Of a stretch of DNA of 64,000 nt, positions 52,365 through 64,000 are shown piece after piece. Origin of the DNA: Callorhinchus milii (taxonomy: Eukaryota). Position 1 is the stretch's first letter; the number at the start of each line of letters is the position of its first letter. The position numbers were made by a program, and so were the translations under genes. The stretch is from positions 53,198,001-53,262,000 of the forward strand of contig NW_024704743.1 in NCBI RefSeq assembly GCF_018977255.1, in the 5' to 3' direction. The notes below the pieces were generated by a model. The model saw nothing but the letters and a program-made list of their open reading frames with translations, made no database searches and was not told the origin of the DNA.

Positions 52365-52546
52365 CTGATCTAAAGAAGACAATTGCTGTCCTCCTTGATG
52401 ACATATTGCAGCGCCTGGGGAAACTGGAAAACAAAGTAGACGACATTGCTACAATTGGCTCTACAAACAGCACCAACAGTACAAGTGGGAATGTTGTTCA
52501 AGCTCCTCCCAGTAAACAAGGGAATGTTCCAGGTAGCGTTAGATAG
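52365..52546 (+). CDS. CCDC126: CCDC126 second coding exon, (A)[26 protein letters not shown]...NVPGSVR*; internal donor after 52532 for a long isoform
   Basis: Acceptor ttctctttCAG phase 1; matches recalled human [26 protein letters not shown]...NVSGSIR; short product 136 aa. Confidence 0.96.
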
Positions 52547-54984
52547 CAAGTTGGTAAAGGGCCTAGAAGACTGGATGCTGTTTTCAGTCCCCTTATGCTA
52601 TAATGATCTTAAAATCCTATTGATTTTTTTGGAAGGTTTCACGTTTCTGTGCAGATCAAGTACAGTAAGTATCTGGTGCTCAACTCCATCTCAGTTTTGA
52701 GATCATTATGTATGGTTTCAATTTAAATGAGAGGAAATGGAGTTTATTTGACACGCTACAGTGCTGGAAGTAGCTGTCTGTGAATGCATATCTTTGCAAA
52801 TATGGCAGATGATTCATATCAGAACAGTTAACTAAGTTCTATGATGGTGGCAAAAACATTCAGTGAATGAGAGAGTTCATTAGCAATGGGTTTGAATATT
52901 CAGAAGATGGATTTTTTAAATTCAGTATAAATGCATAAATTGCTATCCCGTACCTATGCTTTTGACTTGGAGAATCAATAGAGCATCACTCCTTAAAATA
53001 TATTTTTTAAAAAAAGAAGCACTGAATAAACTAAGCATGCAAATTAACTGAGAATCGCTATTAAATCATGAATAATAGACTAGTAGTATTACATTCTTCA
53101 CGTATGTGAAGTGTTCTGAGATATCATACACACGTGATGGAAATAAATTAATTATTCAACCTTCTGAAATAATCTGAAATAATTATATTTGCACTATCAT
53201 CTTCAAAGCTGTACTAATTTTTAAAATGAATACTTAGTTCTAAAAACCTGGAGGTTATGAATCATTAACTAGTTTGAATAAAATCATGGGTTTTTGTCTA
53301 GATGAATAAAATTCTGTTTTCTTATTGTTTAACATGGATTTTCATTTTAATATTGGGTGTTCATCTGCTTGCTGTGCTTGCATTTGCTATGCAAGTTCAC
53401 CCTGTACACAGTATACTTTTCTAGCTCATATAAAGGCAATTGATGGAAGCAGATTTAATATGCTCCTCTCCTAGTGTAATTAAAGATACATTAGTTTATA
53501 GCAAAGCATTTTTGACTTGATTTTATCAGGTATCTATCTAAGAAGTTAAAAACTGAATTGCTGCGATACTGTCTCAACAAAGCAGTGAGGAAGTTGATAT
53601 TGCAGATAACATCTGTACAATTTTGAACTGGGAGAGGCCACTCATAAATTTAGTCGCTGTAAGTTTTTTTTAATTTTAAAATACATACGTTGTCTTGTTG
53701 GAGCATATTGCATTGTTTTGCTAAATTGTTTCCTATTAAGCATTGCAAATTTAAATATCTATTTACTTATTGTCAATTTGTTCTGTTTTAATTTCTTTTA
53801 CTTGCTCAGCAATAAATTTCCATTTCAGGGCTTATGGGGTTGTCACTTTGTGCTTGGTTTTAGGTGTTTCTTTCATCTCTGTAGTTCCCAGAGTTCTTTC
53901 ACAAACCAGCAGGTAGGAAAGCTAAGTGAAGAAATTTCACATTGCTGTATATTCAATTTTTAAAGAAAGGACCCTTTCAAAGATTGGGCAAACACTTTCC
54001 ACCTTTTGAGTTTAAATTCAGTTTAACCAGATGTAATGAACAATTTCTGCACTCCATTAGCTTTTAGGGCCCTGCGTGGAGAGAGCATGAGCAATTCATA
54101 GTAAGCCTAGGCCCATAGCACAAAACTCTTCACAAATTAGTAGTCTCAGGGAGGCCATGAGGATGTTTGATGTGTGAAATGGAAAACCACTCCAATGCAG
54201 TAACACGTGCTCCTGAGATTAGGGTGAACGCCGAGAGAGTTTTAATTCTGCATCTTATGTGGTGAATTTAATGCTGACACAGTATCATTTTGCAGAATTA
54301 ATGGTCCACTTAATGAGCACAGAAGTTTACAAATATTTGCTTCCTAAATAATTTCCCAACTTTCTTACTCATGGAATATTTTGCAAACAAATAATTAACC
54401 TTATCTCACAGTTGGAATATTTGATCAATTGAATTTAAGAACTAAACTCTGTTCCGTATCTATTGAAGTAAATCATTTTCCATGGGCCTGAAATAGTTTA
54501 TCATATTATATCTATCACTTAATTTATTATAAACATGGGTTTCTTTTAATATTGAGTGTTTACCTGGTTGCTGTGTTTGTACTTGTTATGAAAAGTTCAC
54601 TTTGCCCAATTATACTGCTCTGGCTGTTAGCTGTGTGATCACATTCATTTTTGGCTTTCAAAGCAAATGAATCAACTCTTACTTTTCTCTAGGCTTTCTT
54701 TTGCCATATGCATTTTAATTTCCATACCTTTTTAGCAAAGGTGTAGAAATTCTGAAAGGGAATCAAATTTCCATTCTATCATGGTTCTCAGATGTTGATC
54801 ATATTAATGCTATCTTGTCATTTCTGTCCAGCTAGTTTTGATCACATGCATCTATTTATGAAATTATGAAGCTGATAAAATAAAAGATGAATGTTAATAA
54901 TAAGCAGACACAAACAGAATAAAATGTAATGTTTTGTAGAAAATGCTAATTTCATTAAATACTTTCCTCTCACTATCATCTTGA

Positions 54985-55390
54985 CTCACTTGATAGCACT
55001 TTTGACTCTGGGTCAGGAAATTGTAGATTCAATCCCCACATTGGGCCTTGAGCTCACAGTGTAGACTGACTGGGGGAGCATTGGATTGTTGGAGGTATGA
55101 TCCTTTGGATGAGACTTTAAACTGTGCTTCTATCTGCTTGTTCATATGGACATTAAAGATCCCATAAAACTATTTGTGAAGAGAGTTTCTCCTGATAAAT
55201 ACTCCTCCAAGATAAAATTGGACATTCATATCATAGCTGTTTTGGGGACCTGTTATGTGCAAATTGGCTGCCGTTTTCTTGAATGCACAGTCATAACCCT
55301 TGACAATAATTATTTGTCAAGTGCTTTAAGATGTCTCAACAACGTAATAAGGCACTATATAAAATGCAAATATCATAATATTATTAGATA
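54985..55390 (+). mobile_element. DeuSINE-like SINE, decayed
   Basis: ggatgagactttaaac...ggacattaaagatccca central domain. Confidence 0.6.
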
Positions 55391-58069
55391 TTTCAAAGTT
55401 TCTGTGTTATATATCAAATGCCAGGATTATTATCTGTTCTATCTGTCTTCTATGTGATATTAAAGCTCAGAGTAGTTATGCTGGTATGGACATTGCAGAT
55501 AATTGTATTATTTAGTCTCTTCAAAGGATAAAGTTGTGATTAATTAATTTAATGTTGATGTTGCATTCAACAATTTCAGTAGATTTGGGGTAGATTTCAA
55601 GATGTTGCACACTAATTTGTCAAAGTGTGATTACATTCGTAGCATCATGGTTGCTGCGTTTCCTGTTATGTTGCGGAATGGAAATCTGATTATTTTCAAT
55701 TAAGTAGTTATTTTATTGCTCTTTTTTTCTTGGCCGCAAGTTTTTATAATAACAGATTTCTACACTATCAACCTTTATATTGTTTTTGCTGCTTCTTCAC
55801 TTGTATGATGGAGACGTGTATTTTGAAATAAAAATCTGCCAGTGCTGGATCTACCGGTATTTATTGCAATTTGCACAACTGTAGAATTACTATTACCAAA
55901 TAGCTGTTTAATAGTCCAAATGGGTAAATAAATCAAAGTATTAGAATTATTTTTCCAGACGTTTAAAATGGTGGAATTGTTTAATTAATTGTTCACCTTA
56001 CTTAGTTTGTGTTTTTTTTAAAAAAATCTGTACAGCAAAATAATGTGCTGCTACAAAGTTTGTTTTATTACATGTGATATTGTTTTTGGAGCTTTGTGGT
56101 TGGAAGTATCTCTAATAAACTTGATTTAAAAGGCTTACAACTTTATTTAACTTTTCTGATTTTGTCTGGTTCTTTCTTGTTTTCTGCTGTTATTTAATGT
56201 ACTTGTTACTTGTCTCTCTATCCTTAATGGTGCCTGGTGCTACAGGTATTACTCTCTCCTGGTCCCAAGTGGGATTAAAGGCGTAAAATTAACTTGTAGT
56301 TTTTAAGAACTTCTAGTAAACATTATAAAATCTGCTGGAAACTGAAGGTTTTCCAGTCTGTTTTGAAGAAGGTTTGCTTGTGAATGTATTTTATGTTGTC
56401 TTAACAATTTTTAAAACTTCACTTGACAGTTTTTATATATATATATATTATATGTATGCATTTAAAAATATGGCATATAAAATTTTAGAATCAGATCTCC
56501 CAGGTTGAAAACAAATGTAACCCTAGATTTTCTCATGCCTTAGGGTGATCTTTCCATTTCTTGCCTTCTCTCATTGTGGTTTATCTGAACATGATCACCA
56601 AAATTGCAGAATAATGTTCTCTATATATGGAGAATCCAATTTTGATTTACTAAAACATTTTTTATTAGAATTAATTATTAGAATTAAAGCTCATACTTTC
56701 TTATATATGCCAGCTGGCTGATTACAATTGGCTAATTGTAGTTAGGTCAATTAGCTATGTTGAAAATATCATTACTTTGGATTTCATTTTTCTGCAGTAA
56801 TACAGTACAGGGGAACATTATAGAAATATTTTATTACTATCAGTACAATTAGCTGGGGATTATGATGAGCTGTGCAACATCAGATCAATTTTGCTTTGGG
56901 TGTAGTGATAGGTTATTGGCAGAATGCAGAATTATAGATCTCCACTCTTTTATAAATAACTATTTATGGCGCATGTTCTGTTGACCTAATACAAATTGTG
57001 AGTTAAAAATATACTTTTTACTATGCTTCATCTAACAATTTTTTTTTAAATTTGGTAGTTAGGGGTAACTTGCTTGGAAATTGTATTTTACTTAAAAGAG
57101 GTGAAAGGTGCATAATATTTCACTAGATTGTTATAAAGGGAGCCCTCAAGTATCCAGTAGGATTGTGCAAGAGCTCTTTAATGAAATATAATTGGGTATT
57201 GCAAACTCTGATTTCTATTTTACTATGTAATCATCAAAAAGCAAATGTTTTTTAAAACGCATAAATGTGACAAGATCTTAGTATTGACACCTTCTGGACC
57301 TTTTCTCCCAAACTGCAAAACCACAATATTTTAACACCTGGTTGTGCTAAAGAAATTTTCACATGACAAACAAGTTCGCCAACCATAAAACTGAATATTT
57401 TTATTTTGTACTTTTGCAAAATCGTATGGTGTAAAATAAATGGATAAAAGCATAAATCTTAGTGCTTGATTTGGTTGACTTTTACGTTTTAAGAACCTCA
57501 GTTGGATTTTTGCGTTAATCCTTTTTCAGGAAGTATCACTTTTTCAGAAAAATAAAGAACGTACACAAATTATGCCAATAAGCAAAATGCATTTTGTGAA
57601 TTATTTAATTGGAAGATAGTGATCCAACTCAAAAAATATTCAACAAAAAGATAATCAAGGAATAGTATGGTTCTTTAGTGTATTCATTTAAATTTATGCA
57701 CAATTTATCTTTTAATATCATTCAGTACAAAACCAGATGGAATATGGTATTCCTACAGTATCAAGTCTAAAAATATTAAGAACTAAACCAATTCTGCACT
57801 CACTTTACATTTATTTATTCACATGTGAAGTTGGTTTATTGGTATGTTCAGCTATCGTACTTTCTGAATAACAATTTAAATTTCTGTCTGATGCAGGACA
57901 AATTGCAAAAATAAAATCATGAGTGTAACAAGTTGGAGATGTCTTCCAAATGTGCTTAAGTAGAAAGCATATGTTACTATTGGCACTTGGCAGTGTCAAT
58001 ATTTCATTTTTAGTATTAAGTGTCACAGAGCAAGCAATCTGAAATGTCTGTGTGACAAATGATTAAAAT

Positions 58070-58455
58070 ATAACAGCATATTGCAATTGTATAGCGCTTT
58101 TGGGAGGACGTCCCAAAGCGTTGGGCAGTCGGGGATTTGGACCTGAACTGGGGTTTGGGACCAAGAGAGGAGGAGGGCAGAGAGGGTAGGAAGGTGACCA
58201 AAGGACAGTTGAAGAGGAGGGTCTTGAGACGCACCTTGAAGGAGACAAGGGAGGGAGGCAAAGGGACTATGGGATGGAGTTCTAAAGGCTGGGGGCAGAA
58301 AGGCTGAAGGCCCGCCCGCCAATGGTGGGGTGAGCAGGCTGGGGGACATGGAGCAGGCTGAGTGGAGGGAGCGGACAGGTCTATATGGAGTTAGCAGCTA
58401 ACAGGTCAGGAGGAATAAGGCAGTGGAGGGCTTTGAGGCGAGGACAAGGATTTAA
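58070..58455 (-). mobile_element. L2 3' fragment
   Basis: Same family as the 32175 element. Confidence 0.82.
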
Positions 58456-59243
58456 CTTATAAAGGGTAAACTCTCAATTTGAATTTATTTAGCTTCTCTA
58501 CAATCATAACTTGTCAATATAAAGTTTGCAGTGAGAGATACTAATCATCTCCCAACGGTATTGAACTACAAGATCTAGTATAATGGATAGTCAACTGAAT
58601 TACAGACGTGCATTTGATACTTGGGTAGCTTTGGGCATGAGTATAATTGTGTGATACACAACTGTGTCCCTCTGTATATAAAATGATATGCAATTATACA
58701 GTATATATGTGTTAGTAATGTTTCCCATAATATTTGTAACTTGCATATGAAATATATATTGGCTTTATTATTAGCTCAGTTGGTTGAAACTTTGGTCCTT
58801 TGGTTCTGGGTTTGAATTCCAATGAGTACTCTCAGCACCTTGTACCTTATAAATATCATGACTAAAACTTGCGAAACAATGTTCTAACAGGACATTGCTC
58901 GTTCGACCAGCACTTTAAATCTAACAATATCTGTGTGATAACCATTACACAGTTATAGTATAACAATGTATATAGACATATTTCAATAAGTGTACAATTC
59001 CTTAAGCGTACAAGAATCAATTGAGTTTTTACTTTTGCCTACTAACCAACCAGTAGGAAGTAAACATTTGTTGATGAACAAAGCATTAGCAAAGCATTAC
59101 TATAGACATACAAGATTACAGAAAATTCTTATCGAAATTTAAATTATCAGAATAGCTGAAGAACCTGAACACTTTCAAATAGTTAACTGCTTCTTGTTGG
59201 ATAACATATGTATAAACTTTAATAAAACTTATTTTTATTTCAG

Positions 59244-59308
59244 TGATTTCAGACCTGTGTGGTTTAACATCAATAGATGGTTTTCCACATTGTGAAGAGA
59301 AAATAATG
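59244..59308 (+). CDS. MGAT5-like exon downstream of CCDC126, (V)ISDLCGLTSIDGFPHCEEKIM
   Basis: tttttatttCAG| ... atg|GTGAGT, phase 1/0, no stops; resembles recalled MGAT5 CVLPPMDGYPHCEGKIK. Confidence 0.88.
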
Positions 59309-60014
59309 GTGAGTAAATTATTCTTTTCAATCAGATCTTTTGTTTTTTCTGAATGATTATTAAGGTTAGAGATGTCAGTCAGTGTTTTGGAACTAGTTTA
59401 AAGATCATTTTCAAGGTCGCAAGATTGGTTTGAATGAAAAAGAGCCATCTGATCTCATCCCTCCAGAATACCCACCCAACAGAATTCCCATCATAGTATT
59501 GAGCTGCATGTGAAATTAGTCCAGCGTCCTCACCTCAACCACCCTTCCTGGCATCCTGTTCCAGTTGTTAGCATTCTTCACAATTGATAGCTATAAATGA
59601 AATCCAGACTCAGTTTTTTTTGACTTGGGTATCTAGTAACTATGTAGCTATCAAAGAAACATAAGTTGAAATGAGTGTGCTACTCAACATCACACTACTT
59701 TTTTTAGGAAATGGCATCAAGGAATTACACATTGCTGGAGTTGGCCTGCTTGAGTACAGATTTATTTCTTCACCAGATAGTGGCCTAAAATATTTTTCTC
59801 TGTTAAAAATGAATTAAAAATCAGTATGCTGTCTAGGAATCCCAAAATAAACAAGACACAAAACAATTGAATTAACACGCTGCGTACCACATTTGCAATC
59901 CCGGTGTTTCGGATCATTTTTTTTATTCATACATAATGAATGGATAATTGTATATTCTCCTGCTGTCTCAATGCTATAATTTTCTTACCCCTCTCCCATC
60001 TTATTTTTCTGCAG

Positions 60015-60104
60015 TGGATGAAGGAGATGTGGCAGTCTGAATCTTGTTATGCAAATTATGGTGTAAATGGATCTACGTGCTCATTTATTGTTTATCTCAG
60101 TGAG
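60015..60104 (+). CDS. MGAT5-like exon, WMKEMWQSESCYANYGVNGSTCSFIVYLSE
   Basis: tttttctgCAG| ... gag|GTAGGT, 90 nt, phase 0/0; gap-free match to recalled MGAT5 WMKDMWRSDPCYADYGVDGSTCSFFIYLSE. Confidence 0.93.
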
Positions 60105-62199
60105 GTAGGTGTTGCATCTTTATACATGAACTGTTTTAATATGAAGATTGGTATACTCATTGAATTACAGGTTAACATTGGAAAAGAGAATACTTTTTTG
60201 TATCCAGTGCTACCATTCGATACTCCCAGGTCAGATATACCACAAATGCAAAAGAGTTCCTTCTTTCAACTTGCCCATGTTTGCTATTTATACATTTAAT
60301 TACTGTCCTATCTACTTCCATTTTGCATGAACAGAATCACTCCAAAATTCTATAATTGATTTATTCATGTTAAAAGGTTTATCATTATTTAATATTATAG
60401 TTGGAGATAATTGAGTTAAGTAGTTGGGGATAGAGTTATTGATCAGCTTCCCAATAACCACATTCTGATATTTAGTTTGACGTGACGATTCGTAGTGTGT
60501 TGAAATACTCATTCTAATTCAGACTAAGTTAATTAGAAATCAGTGGTTATTTGTTACTGATACGGGACTTCATGGAGTTTTGTCCTTTTTTTAAATAAAT
60601 AGCAAAATACACATTACATTTTTGTACTGTACTTTAGTAGTTCAGACAACAGAAACCTCTGTTATTGGCAAACAAATTACATTTGGAATGTGATTTGTTT
60701 GATGTGTTCAAAATATTTTACACAACATTTTTGGATATACGAGTGTATCAACATTCAAAACAGATTCACATAGGGCGTGTTATTCCTGTTTGACTGGCCA
60801 TTGCCAACAGTGGAATAATAACATGGCATCTGTATTGCTGAAAATCAATTTTTTTGTTATTGTAACAAAAGTAAACTCTTTGCAAAGTGTTAGTCACAGA
60901 TATTAGGCAACTCAAATTATAAATAGCTGAATTGATGCATACTCCGTGTAAATGGGTAATCTAATCTGCCAATGATGCTCTAGGGCTCCTCTTGCTTTAT
61001 TGTTATCTTCGTAATAAGATTTTTAAGATTGCACGAAAATCCTTTGTACAATAGGGAACATGTCTCATGTAAAGTACCAGTGAACATCTATGCACCCTTC
61101 ATATTTATTCGAATTGTACCTTCATTGAAACTGAAACATTTGAAATAGTTCTGTATAAATGTCCAATATTAGATTGAATGCTCACAGTTCTGGGGTCAAT
61201 TTGAACATTTAACTTTTATTACGGGATAATAATCTATGCACTGAATTATTCCTATGTGATATTTATCCATCGATAGCCCTTTGGATAGCAGGATTGTGGA
61301 CAAGTCTATATCACCAAGTCTCTCTGATGACCCAAACAAGCTTGTCACCCATCAGGAATGCATTAGATTGCCAAGGACCTGCTTGGCATTTATCAGAATC
61401 AATTTGAACTGGGATTCAAACCCACAACTTTCAGATCCAAGATAAACTAACTGATCTATCTAGGATGGATGCAAAACTGAACTACTAAGGATAAATGTTG
61501 TACTTTGACAACAAAGTTGGATAAATGTTGTACTTTGACCACAAAATTACCCAAATAAAAAAAATATAAACAGTATTTCTTTAATTTAATATTCCTTTAT
61601 TTTCTTTATTAGGTATCTGTTTCCCATTGTTTCTCTTGACCATTTGTTTCACTTTTAATTATTTTACAGATTGCATGAAGCTTTGTCTGCTTGGCTGATT
61701 TGGGGAGGATAAAGAAAGAGCGAATGAGAGAGACAGTGAGAAAGAAACAGATACAAGACAGGGCAAAGGCAGCAAAGAAACCGATCTATAAGCAAAGGCA
61801 GTAAAAATACAATTAAGTTTAGAAGTAAAAACTTGCCAGAGAAACTAGGATGGGAGCAAATGCTTTTGAAAACAAGACATTTGAAAACATGGCTTGTAGG
61901 GAAAAACCAAGCCTCAGAGGAAAGGCACAAAATGGGTTGTACATTTCAAAATAATGAACAGTGCAGAAGGAGACAAATTAATTGAAATGATTTTTCACCA
62001 TGAATAAGATTGCCACAATGTTACTCAGTTCAAAGCACGCTGCAAGCTCTACTTGGACAAGGTACTGGAAGGCACACAGTGAAATTTGTCACAGTGCAAA
62101 TCCATGCCTTCAGGAGAAGAGGGAGAGAAAATACTTGTAATAAATAAAACGAGCTGCCAATTAAAGCAATTCTCAAACATTTACCAGCATTATTATGGG

Positions 62200-64000
62200 T
62201 GAAGAAATTATTTTGAAGAAAGGGAAGATTAAGAGACAAACAAGAGACGGGAGAAGTTGTAATGGGGGATAAGGACATGACAGAGTCCTTAAATGGGTAC
62301 TTTGCATCTGTCTTCACCCGAGAAGACACAACAAGTCTGTCAACAATAGACATCACCAAGGGGATAAGGACAAGGAGCAACTTAGGGATATTTTCATTAT
62401 TAGAGAATTGGTGCTAGGGAAACTGTTAGCACTAAGAAGTGACAAATCCCCTGGTCCGGATGGCTTGCATCCCAGGGTTTTAAAAGAGGTAGCTTATGAG
62501 ATAGTGGAGGCCTTATGTCTGATCTTCCAAAATTCCTTGGATTCTGGAACAGTCCCCATGGACTGGAAGATCGCAAATGTCACACCACTATTTAAAAAAG
62601 GTGGAAAGGAAAAGATGGGGAACTATAAGCCAGTTAGTCTCACATCAGTGATAAGAAAATTTTTAGAATCATTGATTAAGGATGTGGTAGTTCGGTATTT
62701 AGGGGGGGCACAATATAATTAGGCCAAGTCAACATGGCTTTACAAAAGGGAAGTCATGTTTGACAAATCTCGTAGAGTTTTTTGAGGATGTTTTGAGTAA
62801 ACTAGATAAGGGTGAATCAGTGGCTGTGGTCTATTTGGACTTCCAGAAGGCATTCGATAAGATGCCACATAGAAGGTTAGTCCAAAAGATAGGGGCCCAT
62901 GGAATTGGGGGGAGCATATTAACATGGATTGGGGAATGGTTAACGGGTAGGAAACAAAGAGTAGGGATAAACGGGTCCTTTTCAGATTGGCGGGATGTGA
63001 CTAGTGGAGTGCCACAAGGATCAGTCCTTGGGCCTCAGCTATTTACCATCTACATCAACGATCTAGATGAGGACATCAAAGTTAATATATCTAAATTCGC
63101 GGATGACACAAAACTAGGAGGAAGTGTCAACACAGAGGACAACATTAAAAAAATGCAGCGAGACATAGATAGGTTAGGTGATTGGGCAGGTAGGTGGCAG
63201 ATGAAGTATAATGTAGGGAAGTGCGAAGTCATCCACCTCGGTAGCAAAAACAGTAGAGCGGGTTATTTTTTAGAAGGGGAGAGATTGGAATGTGTTAGCG
63301 TCCAGAGGGACTTGGGTGTCCTTGTACACCAATCACAGAAAGTTAGTCTGCAGGTGCAGCAGCAATTAGGAAGGCGAACGGTATGTTAGCATTCATTATG
63401 AAAGGATTAGAGTATAAGAGTAGGGAAGTTTTGCTGCAACTGTATAGGGCCCTGGTGAGACCACACCTGGAATACTGTGTGCAGTTTTGGTCTCCTCATT
63501 TAAGGAAGGATGTACTTGCCTTGGAGGGGGTGCAGAGTAGATTTATTAGGTTAGTACCAGGGATGAAGGGGATGAGTTACGAGGATAGGCTGACCAATTT
63601 GGGCCTATATTCTCTAGAATATAGAAGAATTAGAAGGGATCTTATAGAAACCTATACGATCATCAAAGGACATGATAGAGTAGATAGTGGGAGATTGTTT
63701 CCCCTGGTTGGAGAAACTAAAACCAGGGGTCACAACCTTAAAATCAGAGGCCAGCCCTTTCGCACTGAGTTGAGGAAGAACTTCTTCACTCAAAGGGTGG
63801 TGAATATATGGAACTCGCTACCCCAAAGGGCTGTTGACGCTCAGTCCTTGAACATATTCAAGACTGAGATAGATTTCTTATTACAAAAGGGATTAAGGGA
63901 TATGGGGATAAGGCAGGGTCAGGTTATTAGCTGGAGTTAGATTAGAAGATCAGCCACAAATGAATGCCGGGGGAGGATCGAAGGGCCAAATGGCCTACTC
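62200..64000 (+). mobile_element. CR1 LINE, 3' ~1.8 kb with frameshifted reverse transcriptase
   Basis: KSPGPDGLHP, YLDFQKAFD, SGVPQGSVLGP and KFADD motifs over three broken ORFs; CR1 3' end at the window edge. Confidence 0.96.

Noticed and set aside
59940..60299. 119 aa single-exon ORF
   Set aside because: Only 60015-60104 is exon; the flanks are polypyrimidine tract and intron
61489..61546. 30 bp tandem duplication
   Set aside because: Ordinary slippage duplication in an intron
60105..64000. Next MGAT5-like exon (VENWCP-type)
   Set aside because: Not found by eye; the region is AT-rich intron plus CR1

Overview
Vertebrate genomic DNA, most likely a cartilaginous fish (possibly a chimaera), inferred from the tRNA-head SINE, L2 and CR1 repeat content. 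Three spliced genes can be reconstructed by hand. (1) The 5' end of STK31 (Tudor-domain exons, minus strand, running off the window start). (2) A complete 7-exon FAM221A (minus strand, 918 nt CDS, 305 aa, one probable GC-AG intron). (3) CCDC126 (plus strand, head-to-head with FAM221A). Main observation: the CCDC126 locus does not end where the familiar ~140 aa protein ends. A phase-compatible GT donor inside its terminal exon is followed by two intact exons (59244-59308, 60015-60104) that match the next exons of MGAT5 (GlcNAc-transferase V). This suggests CCDC126 is here still the 5' half of a longer MGAT5 paralogue with short and long isoforms. A ~1.5 kb inverted duplication brackets the CCDC126 promoter, and each of the three promoters abuts a different GC-rich minisatellite. 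Most ORF-track entries are repeat artefacts. Family assignments rest on recalled human sequences, not on database searches. Repeat coordinates are approximate.
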